NCBI GenBank assembly: GCA_023205875.1
Contig: CP060768.1
Span: 496,001-560,000, forward strand
Origin: Chloropicon primus
Taxonomy: Eukaryota
DNA length: 64,000 nucleotides
Direction of reading: 5' to 3'
Both the position numbers and the translations under genes were made by a program. This document shows positions 10,552 to 25,596 of this stretch, piece by piece (within the stretch, counting starts at the first letter, position 1; every line of letters begins with the position of its first letter). A model generated the notes under the pieces. That model saw only the letters and a program-made list of their open reading frames with translations, was not told the origin of the DNA and made no database searches.

Positions 10552-11838
10552 ATGGGACGGAAAAGGGGAGGAGGAGGAAAGAAACCACCACTCATCACCA
10601 GTGATGATGACGACAATAATAATGCATCATCCGAGGCAAGCTTCGGGTCATCCCCTCCCTCTTGGAACGACGCTTCTTCCCACGAGGACAAGGACTTGTT
10701 GTTCGCCATCACGGAAGCCCTGTACGAGAAGAGGGCAGCCACGAGGGAGAAAGCTCTCGAGACCCTGTGCGCGTTTTTGAGGAGCTCGTACAGGTACGAG
10801 GAGCTCGAGCCGGTGAGGGAGACCGTGCCGTCGCTGCTGCTGCGCTGCGTGCAGAAGGGGAAGGCCAAGGAAGTCGAATTGGCAAGCGTCGCGATTGGGC
10901 TCGTGGTGGTGACCCTCGGCCCGGAGGACGGCGAGTGCTGGACGGAGCACATCAAGGCCCTGATGCACAAGGCCGGGGGCGCGGGCACGCCGAGGTCGAA
11001 GGTCGCTTGCGTCAGGGCCCTCGGAGTTTTGTGCTTCGTGGGGACCGACGACAGCGTGGTCCTGCAGCAGTGCATTGAGAAGATACAAAAGTGTTGCTCG
11101 GCGTCCGCGAGCGAGGTGAGGGCCGAGGCGTACACCAGCCTCGCCCTGCTGCTGAGCATTGCGATCCCGATAGGGTCCAAAATCATGGACCACATGCTCG
11201 GCTACGCCGAGGGCTTCGCCAAGGCTCTGGGAGACGAGGCCGTCGCCGTGAGGACCGCGGCGGGGAGCGCCCTGGTGGTTCTCCAGGAGGTCTTCGGGGA
11301 GGTTCTTGGCGGGGAGGAGGAGGAGGAGGGGGAGGAGGAGGAGGAAGCTGGCGCCCCCTTCGGCGAGCTCGGGGGCGTGGTGGACAAGATGAGCCGACTG
11401 GCCAACTCTTCCTGGAAGACGGAGGGGGTTGGGACGCCGGGCAGCGCGAGGATGAACAAGAGGGACCGGCAGAACCAAAGGAAGGCCTTCAGGGAGCTGG
11501 TGAACGCCATGGAGGGCAAGTCCTCGAGCTCCAAGGACTCGAAGATCAAGTTGAAGCACGGCGACGTCCTGCACTTGGACAGTCACTCCCTCCGGGTGAC
11601 GGCGGGGGTCTTTAAGTCCCTTCTCGCCACGGGCTTCCAGGTCCACATGCAGACCAACGACTTGCTCCACCAGGTGTTCAACTTCCAGCCCAGGCAGGAG
11701 AAGATTCACCTGAGCCAGCTGGAGAAAAAGATGCTCTTCTCCCCGAACAGCACCGCCAAGAAGAAGCAGACGAAAGTGAGGAACAAGGACAGGATGGTAA
11801 AGGGCACCGCGTTGGACTTTTACCAGGAGGACTTGTAG
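10552..11838 (+). CDS. IFRD: Interferon-related developmental regulator (IFRD) family protein
   Basis: EALYEKRAATREKAL, an ARM-like core, KRDRQNQRKAFREL, GFQVHMQTNDLLHQVFNF and a C-terminal K..TK.RNKDR. Confidence 0.9.
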   Translation: MGRKRGGGGKKPPLITSDDDDNNNASSEASFGSSPPSWNDASSHEDKDLLFAITEALYEKRAATREKALETLCAFLRSSYRYEELEPVRETVPSLLLRCVQKGKAKEVELASVAIGLVVVTLGPEDGECWTEHIKALMHKAGGAGTPRSKVACVRALGVLCFVGTDDSVVLQQCIEKIQKCCSASASEVRAEAYTSLALLLSIAIPIGSKIMDHMLGYAEGFAKALGDEAVAVRTAAGSALVVLQEVFGEVLGGEEEEEGEEEEEAGAPFGELGGVVDKMSRLANSSWKTEGVGTPGSARMNKRDRQNQRKAFRELVNAMEGKSSSSKDSKIKLKHGDVLHLDSHSLRVTAGVFKSLLATGFQVHMQTNDLLHQVFNFQPRQEKIHLSQLEKKMLFSPNSTAKKKQTKVRNKDRMVKGTALDFYQEDL

Positions 11839-12698
11839 ACTTCGTGAACGGGAGGGGAGGGGGAAGGGGTGGGGCGCGATCGAGATCTACCTGAGAAAGT
11901 GGTGGTCGCCACAGCACAGCACAACACATTGTAAACTTATATATGACGATTCTTTCCACACCTGTATTGTATTCTATGAAAACCAACCTTTGAACTAAAT
12001 CTTCTCGCTCCTCGCTCGCAGAGGAGAGACTTGAGACACTGAGAGGATGGATGGTGGGAGTTCCTTCTTAAGGACGATCGGGAGGATGCTACGCTTGGCA
12101 TGGACACTGTTATCACCGGATCGATCGATTCCGGAGCTCGAAGAGAAAAGAAAAAAAAAGTCCTTTCCTTTTCTTCTGATGATAGTCCTTTCCTGGAGGG
12201 CATGCGGTCTTTAGGAAAAGCGTTACTTCTAACCCTAACCCCCGTCTCCCTGTTCATCATCACGTGCATCGTGCTCCTCAGGATCGCTCGCTTCCATGAT
12301 CGCCACCTTGTCGTCCGAGAACGCAGTCGAATCAGATTTCAGCCAGACCGTCCACTCCAACTGATTCATGGCCTTGGTCCACGAGGGAGTGAAGCTTGTC
12401 GTCACACTCTTGGAGCAAGTTAACTTGCAACAAGTTGTCTCGGAAGCAAGCAAGAACAATCTCGACAGAAAAAAAAAGATAATAGTCTATTGTAACGGTC
12501 ATTTGTCAATACTTTTTCATTTCAATTTACAATGTGGTACACTGGTATATAACAACCCGGCCTCCGCCGCAAACCCACAAAAAGACCACCACGAATTCCG
12601 TGATCATCATCGCTTGTCCGTGCGGTTTTGCCAGACTCCTCCGAGACTCCTCCAACTCTCCTCACAAACCAAACAGTCCATCCATCCATCCATCTCAA

Positions 12699-14450
12699 TC
12701 AAGCAGACTGTTGGTGGTAGGAGTTGAAGTTGTTCTTGTTGTACATCTTGTCGAGCTTCTGCCTCTCAAAGTCGAAGAGCTCGACCATGGGGGGCTGCTG
12801 CTCGTCATCGCTCTCCTCCACGTCAAACTCCTCCGCAAAGTAATCGTTGTCCACGATCTCCACCAAGTCTCCCATCTTCAGCGTGTAGTCGTCGCTGTCG
12901 TGGTACTCGTTGTTGACGAGAAACTTGGTCCCCGGCTTCGCCTTGAGGATGTCCTTGCTCAGCTGGTACAGCGAGCAGTTGGCGGGGACCTCCTTGACGT
13001 TCACGTTCCCGTTGGCCGCGATCAGGGTATAGATAGGGTCGTACTCCATGTCAGGAGGGGGCGTGGGCTCGTCCTCTGGAAAGTTGAGGAAGACGTCCTT
13101 TGGGTTGTCTGGCGAGCCGCTTGGCCTGTACTTCCTGTCCTGGAGCTCCATCTGCCAGGTCACGAGCCACCTGTTCCAGGCGATCTGCTGCTCGGCCCTC
13201 TTGTTCTTCTTCACCGACCTGTTGCTCTCCTTGTACTGCCAGTGGGCCGCGAGCCCGTACTCTGCGATGAAGTGCATGTCCGCCGTGCGAATCTGGATCT
13301 CGAACGGGACGCCGTCCTCGCCCATGACGACCGTGTGGAGGGACTCGTACCCGTTCTCCTTTGGGTTCTTGATGTAGTCCTTGAACTTGCCCTCCACGGG
13401 CTCCCACATGGAGTGCACGAGGTCCAAGACCTTGTAGCACTCGCTCTTCTTGCTGACGATGCACCTGCAGGCGCACAGGTCGTAGACCTCCTCAAAGGCG
13501 ATGCCCTTCTTCTGCATCTTCTTGTGGATCCCGTACACGTTCTTCGGCCTGCCGTGCAAGTCCTTGTACTCCAAGTTCACGCCCTTCATCGCCTCCTGGA
13601 GCTTGTCCAGGTTGCTCTGCAGGTTGCGCTTCTGGGCGCTCATGAAGTCGTCCTTGAGGCAGTCCTGCAGCTGGAGGAACTCCTGGCGGTTGAGGTACCT
13701 GAAGCACAAGTCCTCGAGCTCGGCCTTGATGCTCCACACCCCGAGCCTGTTGGCCAGGGGGACAAAGACGTGCATGGTCTCCTCGGCGATCTTCCTCTGC
13801 TTGTCGGGCGTCAGGGCGTTCAGGGTCCTCATGTTGTGGAGCCTGTCCGCGAGCTTGATGAGGACGACCCTCACGTCCGCCATGGACAGGAGCATGTTCT
13901 TGAACCTGTCGCTGTTGTTGTCGGCGGCCTGCTGGGTGGTCGAGCCAAAGCCGAGGTCCCTGTTGATCTGTGACATTTGGCTGAGCCTGCTGACGCCGAC
14001 GACCATGTCCACGACCTCCGAGGGGATGTACTCCCTGAGCTGCTGCTCGGTCATCATGGTGTCGTCGAGCACGTCGTGGAGGAGGCCGGCCGCCACGGTC
14101 TGCTCGTCCAGGCCGAGCTTGGCGAGGATCTCCGCCGTGTCCACCACGTGGGACAGGTAAGCCTCCCCGTTCTTCCTGAGCTGGCCGGTGTGGGCGCACC
14201 TCCCGAGCTCGAACGCCAGCTTCACCAGCGGGGCCCCGAAGACCTCGTGCCTGGAGCTGAGCTCGTTGGAGATCTTCTTCTCCTGCACGGATGCCACCTC
14301 GGCGTTCCTCGTGGAGAACCCGGTGCAGAGCACGGGGTTCTCGACCGCCCCCTTCGGGTCCTGCTGGCTGTTGTCCTCCACCTCGCTCTCGGACTCGAGC
14401 GCCATGGTCAGCAGGCTCGGCTTGCTCTGCTCGGAGCTCAAGCTGGACGC

Positions 14451-14482
<32 letters not shown>

Positions 14483-14948
14483 CTGTCCTCTTGAAGCTCA
14501 CGGGCTCCATGGCGAGGGGCTTGGTCAGCTCGTTCGGCGGGGTAAAGCCCGAGACCTTCTTCTCCGTCTCGTACGACCCGCTGACGGGCCTGACCGGAGC
14601 AACCAGGCCGGAAAGCGACCCGGTCCCCGACTTGACGCTCAGGACCTGCTCGTCCCTCTCCCTCACGCTCGTCACGCTCCTCGGCGTGCTGTACGAGCTC
14701 CCTCCGTGGGAGCTCAGCCTCCTCCCTCCGGAGGACGGTATGTTCACCGGCAAGCTCACCGCCAGCCTCGCCTCGTGGACCTGGCCGCCGTCCTTCACGG
14801 CGTGCTGCGTCGTCCCCGTCCCCTTCTTCAGCTTGTGCTGCGTGTACAGGGATTCCGTCAGCGAGGACCTCGGGCCCAAGACGCTCGTGAACGACCCGGG
14901 CGAGCTCGACAGCGCCGCGCTCAACCCACCCGTCGGCCCGCTGCTCAT
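12699..14948 (-). CDS. RSH: RelA/SpoT homolog, (p)ppGpp synthetase/hydrolase, probably plastid-targeted
   Basis: HD domain (HTGQLRKNGEAYLSH, AAGLLHDVLDD, IKLADRLHNMRTL) and synthetase motifs (GRPKNVYGIHKKM, KDYIKNPKENGYESLHT, EIQIRT, AEYGLAAHWQYKE). Ser-rich N-terminus from ATG 14948. Confidence 0.93.
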
Positions 14949-16568
14949 CCTCCTGTTGGCACACACCACCGCAGGCGCAATCTTGAAAAACTCTGCGTGG
15001 AGAAACCAAAAAAAGACTTCCCGTCCGTTCCGTTCCCGTCGGTTCCGCTTCTCTTTCTTTCTTTTCTTTCTTGTGGCCTGCCTGCCTCGAAAAAAGAAAA
15101 AAGAAAGAAAGACGACAAGCGTCACGTCACGTCGAGGAAGGCCGCGTTCCCGTTCCCTCCTCTCCGTTCCGTCCTCGTCCTCGTCGTCGCTCGGCCTCGG
15201 CCTCGGTTTGTCTCGTGCTCTCCGCTCTTGGTCGACCACGGCCTCGTGCTCTTTTGGTCTCCCCCCTTGTCAGGAACGATCCGATCAACGAGCGATCGAT
15301 TGCGTATCGACGTGGCCAAATTACAAAATCAAAACAACAAGGGGTTTCTACACGATCGGAAGGAGCACGCGTTTTTTTTTGGATTCCCCTCTTGGAGGAT
15401 CTGGACCCAAACAGAGTAGATATCCCGTGTTATGTCGTTTGGGCGGGAAACCCGTCCTTCCAGTCCAGTTTTAGTGCAGGATCCCACGGACAAGAAGAAG
15501 AAAGCAAAGCAAGAGAACGGAAGCACGTGCACGTGACATGTCCATGTCGTCGAGAAGACGCCCACTGGGCCCGCGGGACGACGACGACGAGGGACGGCGT
15601 GGTGGGTGTGGGTGTGCGTTTGTCCGTTTGAGGAACGAACGCAAAGTCCTTCCTTCCTTTCGAAACCTTTTGAAAGACACGTCCCTGCTGCTGCTTGTCG
15701 GCTCTTCCCTCTTCTCTCTTCGTTCCCTCTTCGTTCTTTCTTTCTTGTGTGTTCTAAGCGAAGCACAAAGCAAACCTCCCCGCTGGGCCTCCCTTTCCCT
15801 GTACACTCCTTTCCCCCCTTCTCCCTCGTCATTGACTTTTTCTTCCCCTCCAACCCCACCCTCCACTCCATCTCCATAATTCATTAATCCCTGGCCTCGA
15901 CGTCCTCCCTCTCTCTCTTTTCTCTCTTTTCTCTCTTCTCTCTCTTTTCTCTCTTTTCTCTCTTCTCTCTCTTTTCTCTCCCAGTTACCGTTGCCCTCGT
16001 CGTCGTTCCCCTTTGACCGACATCTTTCGGAAATCTTCCCCCTACTTCGCATTTGAACTTCCCCCTCCAGTAGGTTTCCCACACAACATTCTTAGTATTT
16101 AACTTTGGAAACGTTCAAAACTCCAGGACGCGAAAGAGTTGAGGAAAAACCTGTCCAAGATCCCATCTTGGAGTACTCTACTGCACCAGTAACGGATAAC
16201 TCGCCCAACCTGCAACAAAACAAAGGCAGTCAGGACACAACGACGGCGAGGAACCAACACGCAACACGACCACAACGAGGACCACCACGAGGACCTTTGC
16301 TTTTCCTTTTCCTTCTTCGTTGTCGGTTGGACCAGACCAGGACATCATTGGAGTATCGACGACGACAACAACAAGGACAACAAGAACAACATGCGAAAGG
16401 AAACCATGAAGAAGAACATGTGAACACGTTTGTTTGTTTGTTGTTGCTCGAGAAAGACAGGGACAGGGACAGAGAGAGAGACGGAGACGTTTATAACAAA
16501 TCTAAAGGTCGTCTTTAGGTTCTTCACCACCAAGCACCATCACCAGCAAGCTTCCTTCAGCAAGGAGG

Positions 16569-18284
16569 ATGGAAGCATTTATCAAATCCAAGACGAAGAA
16601 TGCGTCGCAGATAGACTTCTCTGACGGGTTCACCCCGACCACGAGCTACCGCACGCTCGCCCTGGACACCCTGAGCGAGAAGGACGACTTCCGCCTGAAG
16701 GAGAGGGAGAGGAGGCCCATCCCGTACCCTTGGGGCTCGCTGACCACGGAGGGGATCAACAAGGCCCAGTCCGCACCGCTGTACAAGTACACCAAGCGCG
16801 GGGGTGCGACCCAGAAGAGCTTGGCCAAGACCTTCGATGACGCGGAGATGAGGCCCAAGAAGCTCACGTCGGACCGGGCGTTCGCGGACAACGTGAACCG
16901 CATCGTGGTGGACGCGAGGAAGAAGAGGATGCCTTACGGGAACCCCAGGAACACCAACCCCCTTGACCCGACGTACAAGCTTCCCACGTTCGTGAAGGAG
17001 CAGCCTCCCGTGCAGAGGTTCATCAAGGACAACCTGGACACGTCTGACATCAAGGGCACGAGGCCTCACCCCGTCCAGAAGGCGTTCATGCGCAACACCC
17101 TGCAGGTGGACGACATCGAGGGCACCAAAGTTGGCTGGAGGCCCAAGTACAGGGAGAACTTTGGCAGGAACGTGAGGGACTTGAACTTGGACGTCAAGGA
17201 CATCAACAAGATGAAGAAGAAGAAGATCAAGGCGGAAAAGGAGCCCATCGACGTCGGGGTCAAGCGTCTGATGCAGAGGCCCCAGTCGGTGACGTACTCC
17301 CTCAAGACGAACGACATTGACGGCGCGCAGTCCAGGCCGAGGGGGAGGTACCTCCCCTGCGGCCAGAAGCGGACGCAGTACGCTCACACAAACAACACGC
17401 ACGACATCAGGGGGGCGACACCGAAAAAGAGGTCGACTCACAGGCCGTTCTCGGCGCCCATCGACAGGTCGGGGCTCTCCGGCCGCGCCTCCGCCCTGAT
17501 CGAGAGGAGGATCAGGGAGAGCATCCAGAAGCAGTACCACGACATCAGCAACAACTTTAAGAACCTGGACAGGGACGGGTCCGGCAAGCTGACCACGGAG
17601 GAGTTCGCCAAGGTGATGAACAAGTGCGAGATCAAAATGGCGGACGAGGAAGCGAGGGTCGTCGTGCAAGGCTTCGACACGAACAACTCTGGCACGGTGG
17701 ACTACGCCAGGCTGCTCAAGGCCATCGGGCCCACCTACACCTCGCCAACCCTTGGCCAGGAGGAGGCCCACGGGCCCAAGGTGGCGTTCGAGGCCAAGGA
17801 GGCCTCGTCCGCCGCGGAGGAGGCCTCCTCCACCATGGACGTCGAGGTGCAGACTGCGAAGGAGGACGTGAAGACGACGTCCTCGTCGTCGTCCAAAGCG
17901 CAGTCGGAGCCTGCGGGGGTGATGTCAGCGGCGCAAAAGTCCCTGAAAGAAAAGATAGAGGAGGCTCGCAAGAACCCCTCCAAGCTGACCGAGGCCGAGG
18001 ACTGGAAGCCCTCCAAGTTCGCCGTAGTCAAGGCGGACCGGCCCCACACGGTCCACTCCACCTCCCGCTCCACCAAGCAGCAGCCTTGCAAGTCGCAGAG
18101 GTCCGGCCAGCGCCCGATGACTTCCCCGGCCAGGAGGAGGCAGGTGACCATCAAGGCCAAGGCATCTCAGGCCGTCTCCATGGAAAGACCCAAGTCTGCC
18201 TTCATCAACACAAAGTGCAGAGCGCAGACCTGGGAGCGCTCCCAACTCAGGGAAGACATCGCGACCATCAGAGCCCTCAGATAA
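16569..18284 (+). CDS. EF-hand protein with repeated L.T.DI.G motifs
   Basis: Two EF-hands (DRDGSGKLTTEE, DTNNSGTVDYAR). Repeats DIKGTRP, DIEGTK, DIDGAQS and DIRGATP, plus the motif RNTNPLDPTY. Confidence 0.8.
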   Translation: MEAFIKSKTKNASQIDFSDGFTPTTSYRTLALDTLSEKDDFRLKERERRPIPYPWGSLTTEGINKAQSAPLYKYTKRGGATQKSLAKTFDDAEMRPKKLTSDRAFADNVNRIVVDARKKRMPYGNPRNTNPLDPTYKLPTFVKEQPPVQRFIKDNLDTSDIKGTRPHPVQKAFMRNTLQVDDIEGTKVGWRPKYRENFGRNVRDLNLDVKDINKMKKKKIKAEKEPIDVGVKRLMQRPQSVTYSLKTNDIDGAQSRPRGRYLPCGQKRTQYAHTNNTHDIRGATPKKRSTHRPFSAPIDRSGLSGRASALIERRIRESIQKQYHDISNNFKNLDRDGSGKLTTEEFAKVMNKCEIKMADEEARVVVQGFDTNNSGTVDYARLLKAIGPTYTSPTLGQEEAHGPKVAFEAKEASSAAEEASSTMDVEVQTAKEDVKTTSSSSSKAQSEPAGVMSAAQKSLKEKIEEARKNPSKLTEAEDWKPSKFAVVKADRPHTVHSTSRSTKQQPCKSQRSGQRPMTSPARRRQVTIKAKASQAVSMERPKSAFINTKCRAQTWERSQLREDIATIRALR

Positions 18285-18544
18285 CAGCTCAGTCTGCTGT
18301 AGGGAGTCATGATATAGAAAATGTAACTCATTGTCATAAAAAAGCAGAAAAAGAATCGTTTCCCTAAAGCACCCCGCGCACCGGCACGAGGCCTCCATGT
18401 TGTGTTGCTGCAAAGCGACCAAGCGAAAACAAAACACCCACCCACCCACCCCCGCTCGAGCAAGAGGAGCAGCTCAGTGTGTGCCAAGCCAAAACAAAAA
18501 AAAAATAGTCCCCTTCCCTTCCACCACTCCCTCTGGCGTCCTCC

Positions 18545-18853
18545 TCACTTTTTCCCTTGGGTGTCCCCCGTCCAGCTCTTCCAAGTCTCCTGGAACAGAG
18601 CCTTGTCGCTCCCCAGGACCCCCGAAGTGGCCACCATGAGGGCCACCGTGACCCCCTGGCACACCACACGAGCCTTCATCATGTTTTGTGACAAGGCCTT
18701 GTTCCCCCTCCTGAACGCAGTTATCCCACCAAACAAGACTCCCGCCGTGGCCAAAGCCCCCACCAGCACGAACGGATTCCTCTTCTTCCCGAACACGTCC
18801 ACCTCCCCCGAAGCACGCACCTTGTCCACGTCCATCCTCTCCATCATCCCCAT
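18545..18853 (-). CDS. HIG1-domain mitochondrial protein (Rcf1-like)
   Basis: KRNPFVLVGALATAGVLFGGITAFRRGNKALSQNMMKARVVCQGVTV. Confidence 0.9.
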   Translation of the reverse strand: MGMMERMDVDKVRASGEVDVFGKKRNPFVLVGALATAGVLFGGITAFRRGNKALSQNMMKARVVCQGVTVALMVATSGVLGSDKALFQETWKSWTGDTQGKK

Positions 18854-19231
18854 CCACCAAATCGATCAATCGTATCAATCAATCAACCAATCGTATCAAA
18901 CTATCTATCTATTCAACCACCGAAACCAAAGGCAAGCGAACCGGACGCCGCAGGAGCGTGGCCTCCTCGTCGCTCTCGTCCTCGTCGTCGCTCTCGTCCT
19001 CGTCGTCGCTCTCGTCCTCCTCGTCGTCGTCGTCGAGCGCTGGTGTCCACAATATGTTTTGAAGCAGAAGCGGAGCGGAGCAGCGTGTGTCGCCGTCGCC
19101 GTCGCCGTCGCGTTGCGTTTTGTAAGACGAGGGAGGAGGAGGCACCATCGGGAAGGCGGAAGCCTCGAAGGCATTAGGTCCAGGTTTGTTGTCGCGCCGT
19201 GAGAGAGGGAGAGAGGGAGGGAGGGAGAGAG

Positions 19232-19770
19232 ATGGGGAGCAAAGGTTGGCCAGTGATCAAGGGAGACCCGAGGAACCCTGAGGGAATACAGGCGTATAAG
19301 AAGGTGCCGGTGAAGGAGGAGGATCAGGATCCGGACTTCAGGGCCCTCGCATCACTCGGTCTCGGCATGGCGGGACTATTCACAAAGGTAAGCACGACGA
19401 CCAGGGTGAGCAAGAGAAGAAGAACGTGTCCATGCTGCCAACACCGCTAGACCGATACGCTCATGCGCGGGGACCGTGGGGTTTGCTCGCTTCGGAATCC
19501 AAGCAATCCCTTGCTCGGGCAATGTCCTTCGTTCCTTTGGTTTCAAAGGGCGAGGCTAACGAGTAGGTTGCTGTTCTTGTTCTTGTTCTTGTTTGACAGA
19601 ACCAATACTTTTCCTGGGGAGCCCTGTTCTGTGCCGTCTCTGCGATGTGCTGCATGATCCACCCGGAGGTGAACATGAAGCAAGCGACCACGGCGCTGAT
19701 GTTTTCCTTCTCGGGGCTCGCCAGCTCGTACATCAAGGTGTACCAGACGAGGGGCGCGCAGCAGAAGTAG
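19232..19770 (+). CDS. WDR83OS: Asterix/PAT10 (WDR83OS, UPF0139). Exons 19232-19387 and 19600-19770
   Basis: The spliced product reads ..GDPRNPEGIQAYK..DPDFRALASLGLGMAGLFTK|NQYFSWGALFCAVSAM..MKQATTALMFSFSGLASSY. The intron is GTAAGC..GCTAAC..CAG. Confidence 0.85.
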
Positions 19771-19890
19771 GAGGAAGTGGTGGGGTGTCCAACAATAATA
19801 AAAAACCGATATTATTTCACAGCGGAATGCTCTGCGGGATGATCGCAAAGCCTGCTCTCCACTTTGCGAGTTCTGTCCCCCCCTCCCTCC

Positions 19891-22332
<2,442 letters not shown>

Positions 22333-22359
22333 TTATCCGGTTGGTTGCGGTTCACCTTG

Positions 22360-22600
22360 CCACCGATTCTTCCAAGCGAGGTCTCGTTCGAAAGATCGAA
22401 AGACGCCTCTTCGATCTCCTGTCCTTTCCCTCGCCAAAGATACTCGCCCTCGCGGAGCCCCGGCAGACTCACCTCGCCTCTCCTGGAAGCCACACCATTG
22501 AAATGAGTTACGCGTCGTTTCAGTCGTCCAATCCTCACCCGTGGGTCATTCCTCTCAAGCGAGAGCTCATTCGAAAGAGGACGAGACAAAACTTCGATAG
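22360..22600 (-). promoter_or_regulatory. Two copies of the dispersed promoter motif upstream of GYRB (cores at 22388 and 22571, 183 bp apart)
   Basis: Reverse complements read cgaagaggcgtctttcgatctttcgaacgagacctcgcttggaagaatcgg and cgaagttttgtctcgtcctctttcgaatgagctctcgcttgagagg. Confidence 0.55.
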
Positions 22601-23299
22601 TTTCCCCTCACGATCGCCTCAATCCTCGTCCCCGTCGACGGCGACCCCCGGAAGACTCACCTCTTGCTCGTGTCCCCGTAGCGCGCGCGCGCGTCGTCTC
22701 ACGAGTGTTCCACTCCCGTACACTCCTCTGCACCTGACTCAGGAGACGCAGTTCCGCTTTCCAAGACGCTTCCAGACTCGGGTCCAAAGATGGTAACCTT
22801 TCGACCCAAGGACGACGGTAATGGCGACAGAGGACGACGGATCACGATGGTACAAGTCTTGGGCTTTCCAAAGACCCGTCCCTCGGTACGATCGGCGCCC
22901 GGCATAGCCTCCAAGTTGGTCCCTCTTCGGCGCTCAGGGACGACCGAGGCGATGACGTCTCTGGAGGGGAAGGAAAAGCGAAAAGCAAAAAAATCTTTTT
23001 TTTTTTTTTCCAGAAAAAAAAAAGCGGCGGAACAAAACGTGAGACGAGGACAAGGTGAGTGAAGGGGTTGTGGCGCGAGGGTGCGTGGTCGGAGTGTATG
23101 GGGAGGGACACAGGGAGAAGCTTCGTCTCGTTCTGCTTCGAAAGAGCCCTCACTCGAAGGATTCCGTCCACAGGTGGAGGCGTGGAGGCGTGGTACTGAC
23201 ATTAACGCGAGAGCTTGTTTGGGAACCATTTGTCACTTTTTTGTCCATCATTAGGAGAGAGTGGAGACCACACGACACGACGCACATCGGTACATCGAC

Positions 23300-24727
23300 A
23301 TGGACGCTGCGAGGAGAAGAGCGGGACACTTGACCGGTCACTTGACCGGGAAGACGGATGAGGACGTCGTCATCGTGGCGGCGATAAGGACGCCTATCAC
23401 CAAGGCCAGGAAGGGAGGACTCAAGGACACACAGGCGGACGACCTCGTGGCTTGTGTCATCAAAGGGGTCCTCGACAAGACAGGTGAGTCGCAATGTCCT
23501 CCAACACGACGGGACGGGCGCTCGTCTTGGCGCACAACGATTCTTCTTCTCTTTCTCTCTCTCTGTCTCTCCACAGGTTTGATGGAAGAAAAACGCTCGA
23601 GGCTGACCACGTTTTCCTTTTCCACTCGCACACGGACACAAACACAAACAAACACACTCTCTCTCTTGCTTTGGTCTTCTCAAGGCGTTGCTGCTGGGGA
23701 CATCGGTGACATCGTGATGGGAAGCGTGCTTGGATCCGGATCGCAGAGGGCCAACGAGTGCAGGATCGCCATGTTCTACGCTGGGTTCCCTGAGGAGGTT
23801 CCAGTCAGGGTGGTCAACAGGCAGTGCTCCTCCGGGCTTCAGGCCATCGCAGACGTGGTCGCCAGCATCAGGAGCGGGTACTACGACATTGGCATCGCCG
23901 GAGGGATCGAGACCATGTCCTCCAACCCAATGGCTTGGGACGGAAGCATCAACCCTAGGATCTCGCAGCACGAGAAGGCTCAGGGCTGCTTGCTCCCCAT
24001 GGGTCTCACCTCGGAGAACGTGGCCAAGCAGTTCGGCGTGTCCAGGCTCGAGCAGGACCAGTTCGCCGTGGAGTCCCACGCCAGGGCCGTGAGGGCCACC
24101 GAGACCGGACGCTTCAACGACGAGATCATCCCAGTCCACACCAAGTTCGTGGACAAGAAGACTGGAGAGGAGAGGAGAATCGTTGTCTCTCAGGACGACG
24201 GCATGAGGAAGGGGCTCAGCTTGGAGAAGGTCCAGAAGCTCAAGCCGGCCTTCGACCCAGCGGGAAGCACCACCGCCGGAAACGCGTCGCAGATCTCCGA
24301 CGGAGCCGCCGCCACCTTGCTGATGAAGAGAAGCGAGGCCAAGAGGAGAGGCTTGCCTATCTTGGGAACCTTCAGGTCCTTCTCCGCCATTGGCGTCGAC
24401 CCATCCATCATGGGAATCGGACCCGCCGTCGCCATCCCTGAGGCCATCAAGATGGCCGGCTTGCAGACCAGCGACATCGACTTGTTCGAGATCAACGAGG
24501 CCTTTGCCTCCCAGGCCACTTACAGCTGCAAGAAGCTTGGCCTCGACCTGAACAAGGTCAACGTCAACGGTGGAGCCATCGCCCTAGGCCACCCCTTGGG
24601 CTGCACCGGAGCAAGGTGCACCGCCACCCTCCTCCACGAGATGAAGAAGAGAGGAAGCAAGTACGGCATCGTGTCCATGTGCATCGGCTCTGGTATGGGA
24701 GCTGCCGCCGTCTTCGAGAGGGAGTAG
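23300..24727 (+). CDS. KAT: Peroxisomal 3-ketoacyl-CoA thiolase. Exons 23300-23483 and 23685-24727
   Basis: PTS2-like [40 protein letters not shown] and SMCIGSGMG. The 201-nt intron GTGAGT..AAG is in frame. Confidence 0.95.
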   Translation: MDAARRRAGHLTGHLTGKTDEDVVIVAAIRTPITKARKGGLKDTQADDLVACVIKGVLDKTGESQCPPTRRDGRSSWRTTILLLFLSLCLSTGLMEEKRSRLTTFSFSTRTRTQTQTNTLSLLLWSSQGVAAGDIGDIVMGSVLGSGSQRANECRIAMFYAGFPEEVPVRVVNRQCSSGLQAIADVVASIRSGYYDIGIAGGIETMSSNPMAWDGSINPRISQHEKAQGCLLPMGLTSENVAKQFGVSRLEQDQFAVESHARAVRATETGRFNDEIIPVHTKFVDKKTGEERRIVVSQDDGMRKGLSLEKVQKLKPAFDPAGSTTAGNASQISDGAAATLLMKRSEAKRRGLPILGTFRSFSAIGVDPSIMGIGPAVAIPEAIKMAGLQTSDIDLFEINEAFASQATYSCKKLGLDLNKVNVNGGAIALGHPLGCTGARCTATLLHEMKKRGSKYGIVSMCIGSGMGAAAVFERE

Positions 24728-24879
24728 ACTCTGCGCGTGTCTCTGTCTCTTTGTTTTTTCTTCTTCTTCAGTTAATAAAGGTTTCATTGCATTTTGCTAT
24801 TTTTTCTATCCTTCGTTCTCGCCGCTCGGCCTCACTCACTCAGCCTCACTCACTCTCACCCTTCACTCACTCTCACTCT

Positions 24880-25596
24880 TCACTTGAGCGTCGCCTTGAT
24901 CTGAGAAGCGACGTTGTCCGCTGGCCTGTCCGCCTTGATGTGAGTGACCTTGTTCTTGTAGTAGCTGAGCACGGGAGCCGTCTGAGCATGGAAAGCAGCA
25001 AGCCTGGTCTTGATCGTCTCGGCATTGTCGTCCTTCCTCTTTATCAGAGGCTCACCCGTGAAGTCATCCAAGCCTGGGGTCTTTGGAGGAGCGAACTTCT
25101 CGTGGTAAGAGCGACCACTGCCAGGGTGAATCCAGCGACCGGTCACGCGCTCCACGAGGAGCTGGTCGGGGACCTCGAAGCTCAGCACCTTATCGACATC
25201 CACGCCCCTGGACTTGAGCATCTCATCGAGCTTCTGGGCCTGGGCCACGGTCCTTGGGAACCCGTCAAGCACGAACCCTGTCCTGCATTCCGGCTTCTTG
25301 ATGGCGTCACCGATGATGCCCACGACGAGTTCGTCCGACACGAGTGCTCCGCTCTCCATGGCGGCCTTGGCTTTCATGCCGAGTGGAGTCTTCGCCGCGA
25401 CGGCCGCACGGAGCATGTCTCCCGTCGCCAAGTGGCACAAGCAATGGTCCTTCTTTATCGCAGGGGATTGCGTTCCCTTGCCACTCCCTGGTGGTCCCAC
25501 CAAAATAAGTCTCTTCTCCGGCTTGCTCTGACACTTCAGCCTCCTCTGCACCTCCGCCATCAAGTCCTCCGTCGCTACCTCGGCCAAGTCCGCCAT
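24880..25596 (-). CDS. ADK: Adenylate kinase
   Basis: [31 protein letters not shown], and the LID domain [13 protein letters not shown]. Start is MADLAEV at 25596. Confidence 0.97.
   Translation of the reverse strand: MADLAEVATEDLMAEVQRRLKCQSKPEKRLILVGPPGSGKGTQSPAIKKDHCLCHLATGDMLRAAVAAKTPLGMKAKAAMESGALVSDELVVGIIGDAIKKPECRTGFVLDGFPRTVAQAQKLDEMLKSRGVDVDKVLSFEVPDQLLVERVTGRWIHPGSGRSYHEKFAPPKTPGLDDFTGEPLIKRKDDNAETIKTRLAAFHAQTAPVLSYYKNKVTHIKADRPADNVASQIKATLK

Noticed and set aside
12230..12530. Coding-like fragment between IFRD and RSH
   Set aside because: It is short, interrupted by a stop, and has no recognisable homology or splice model.
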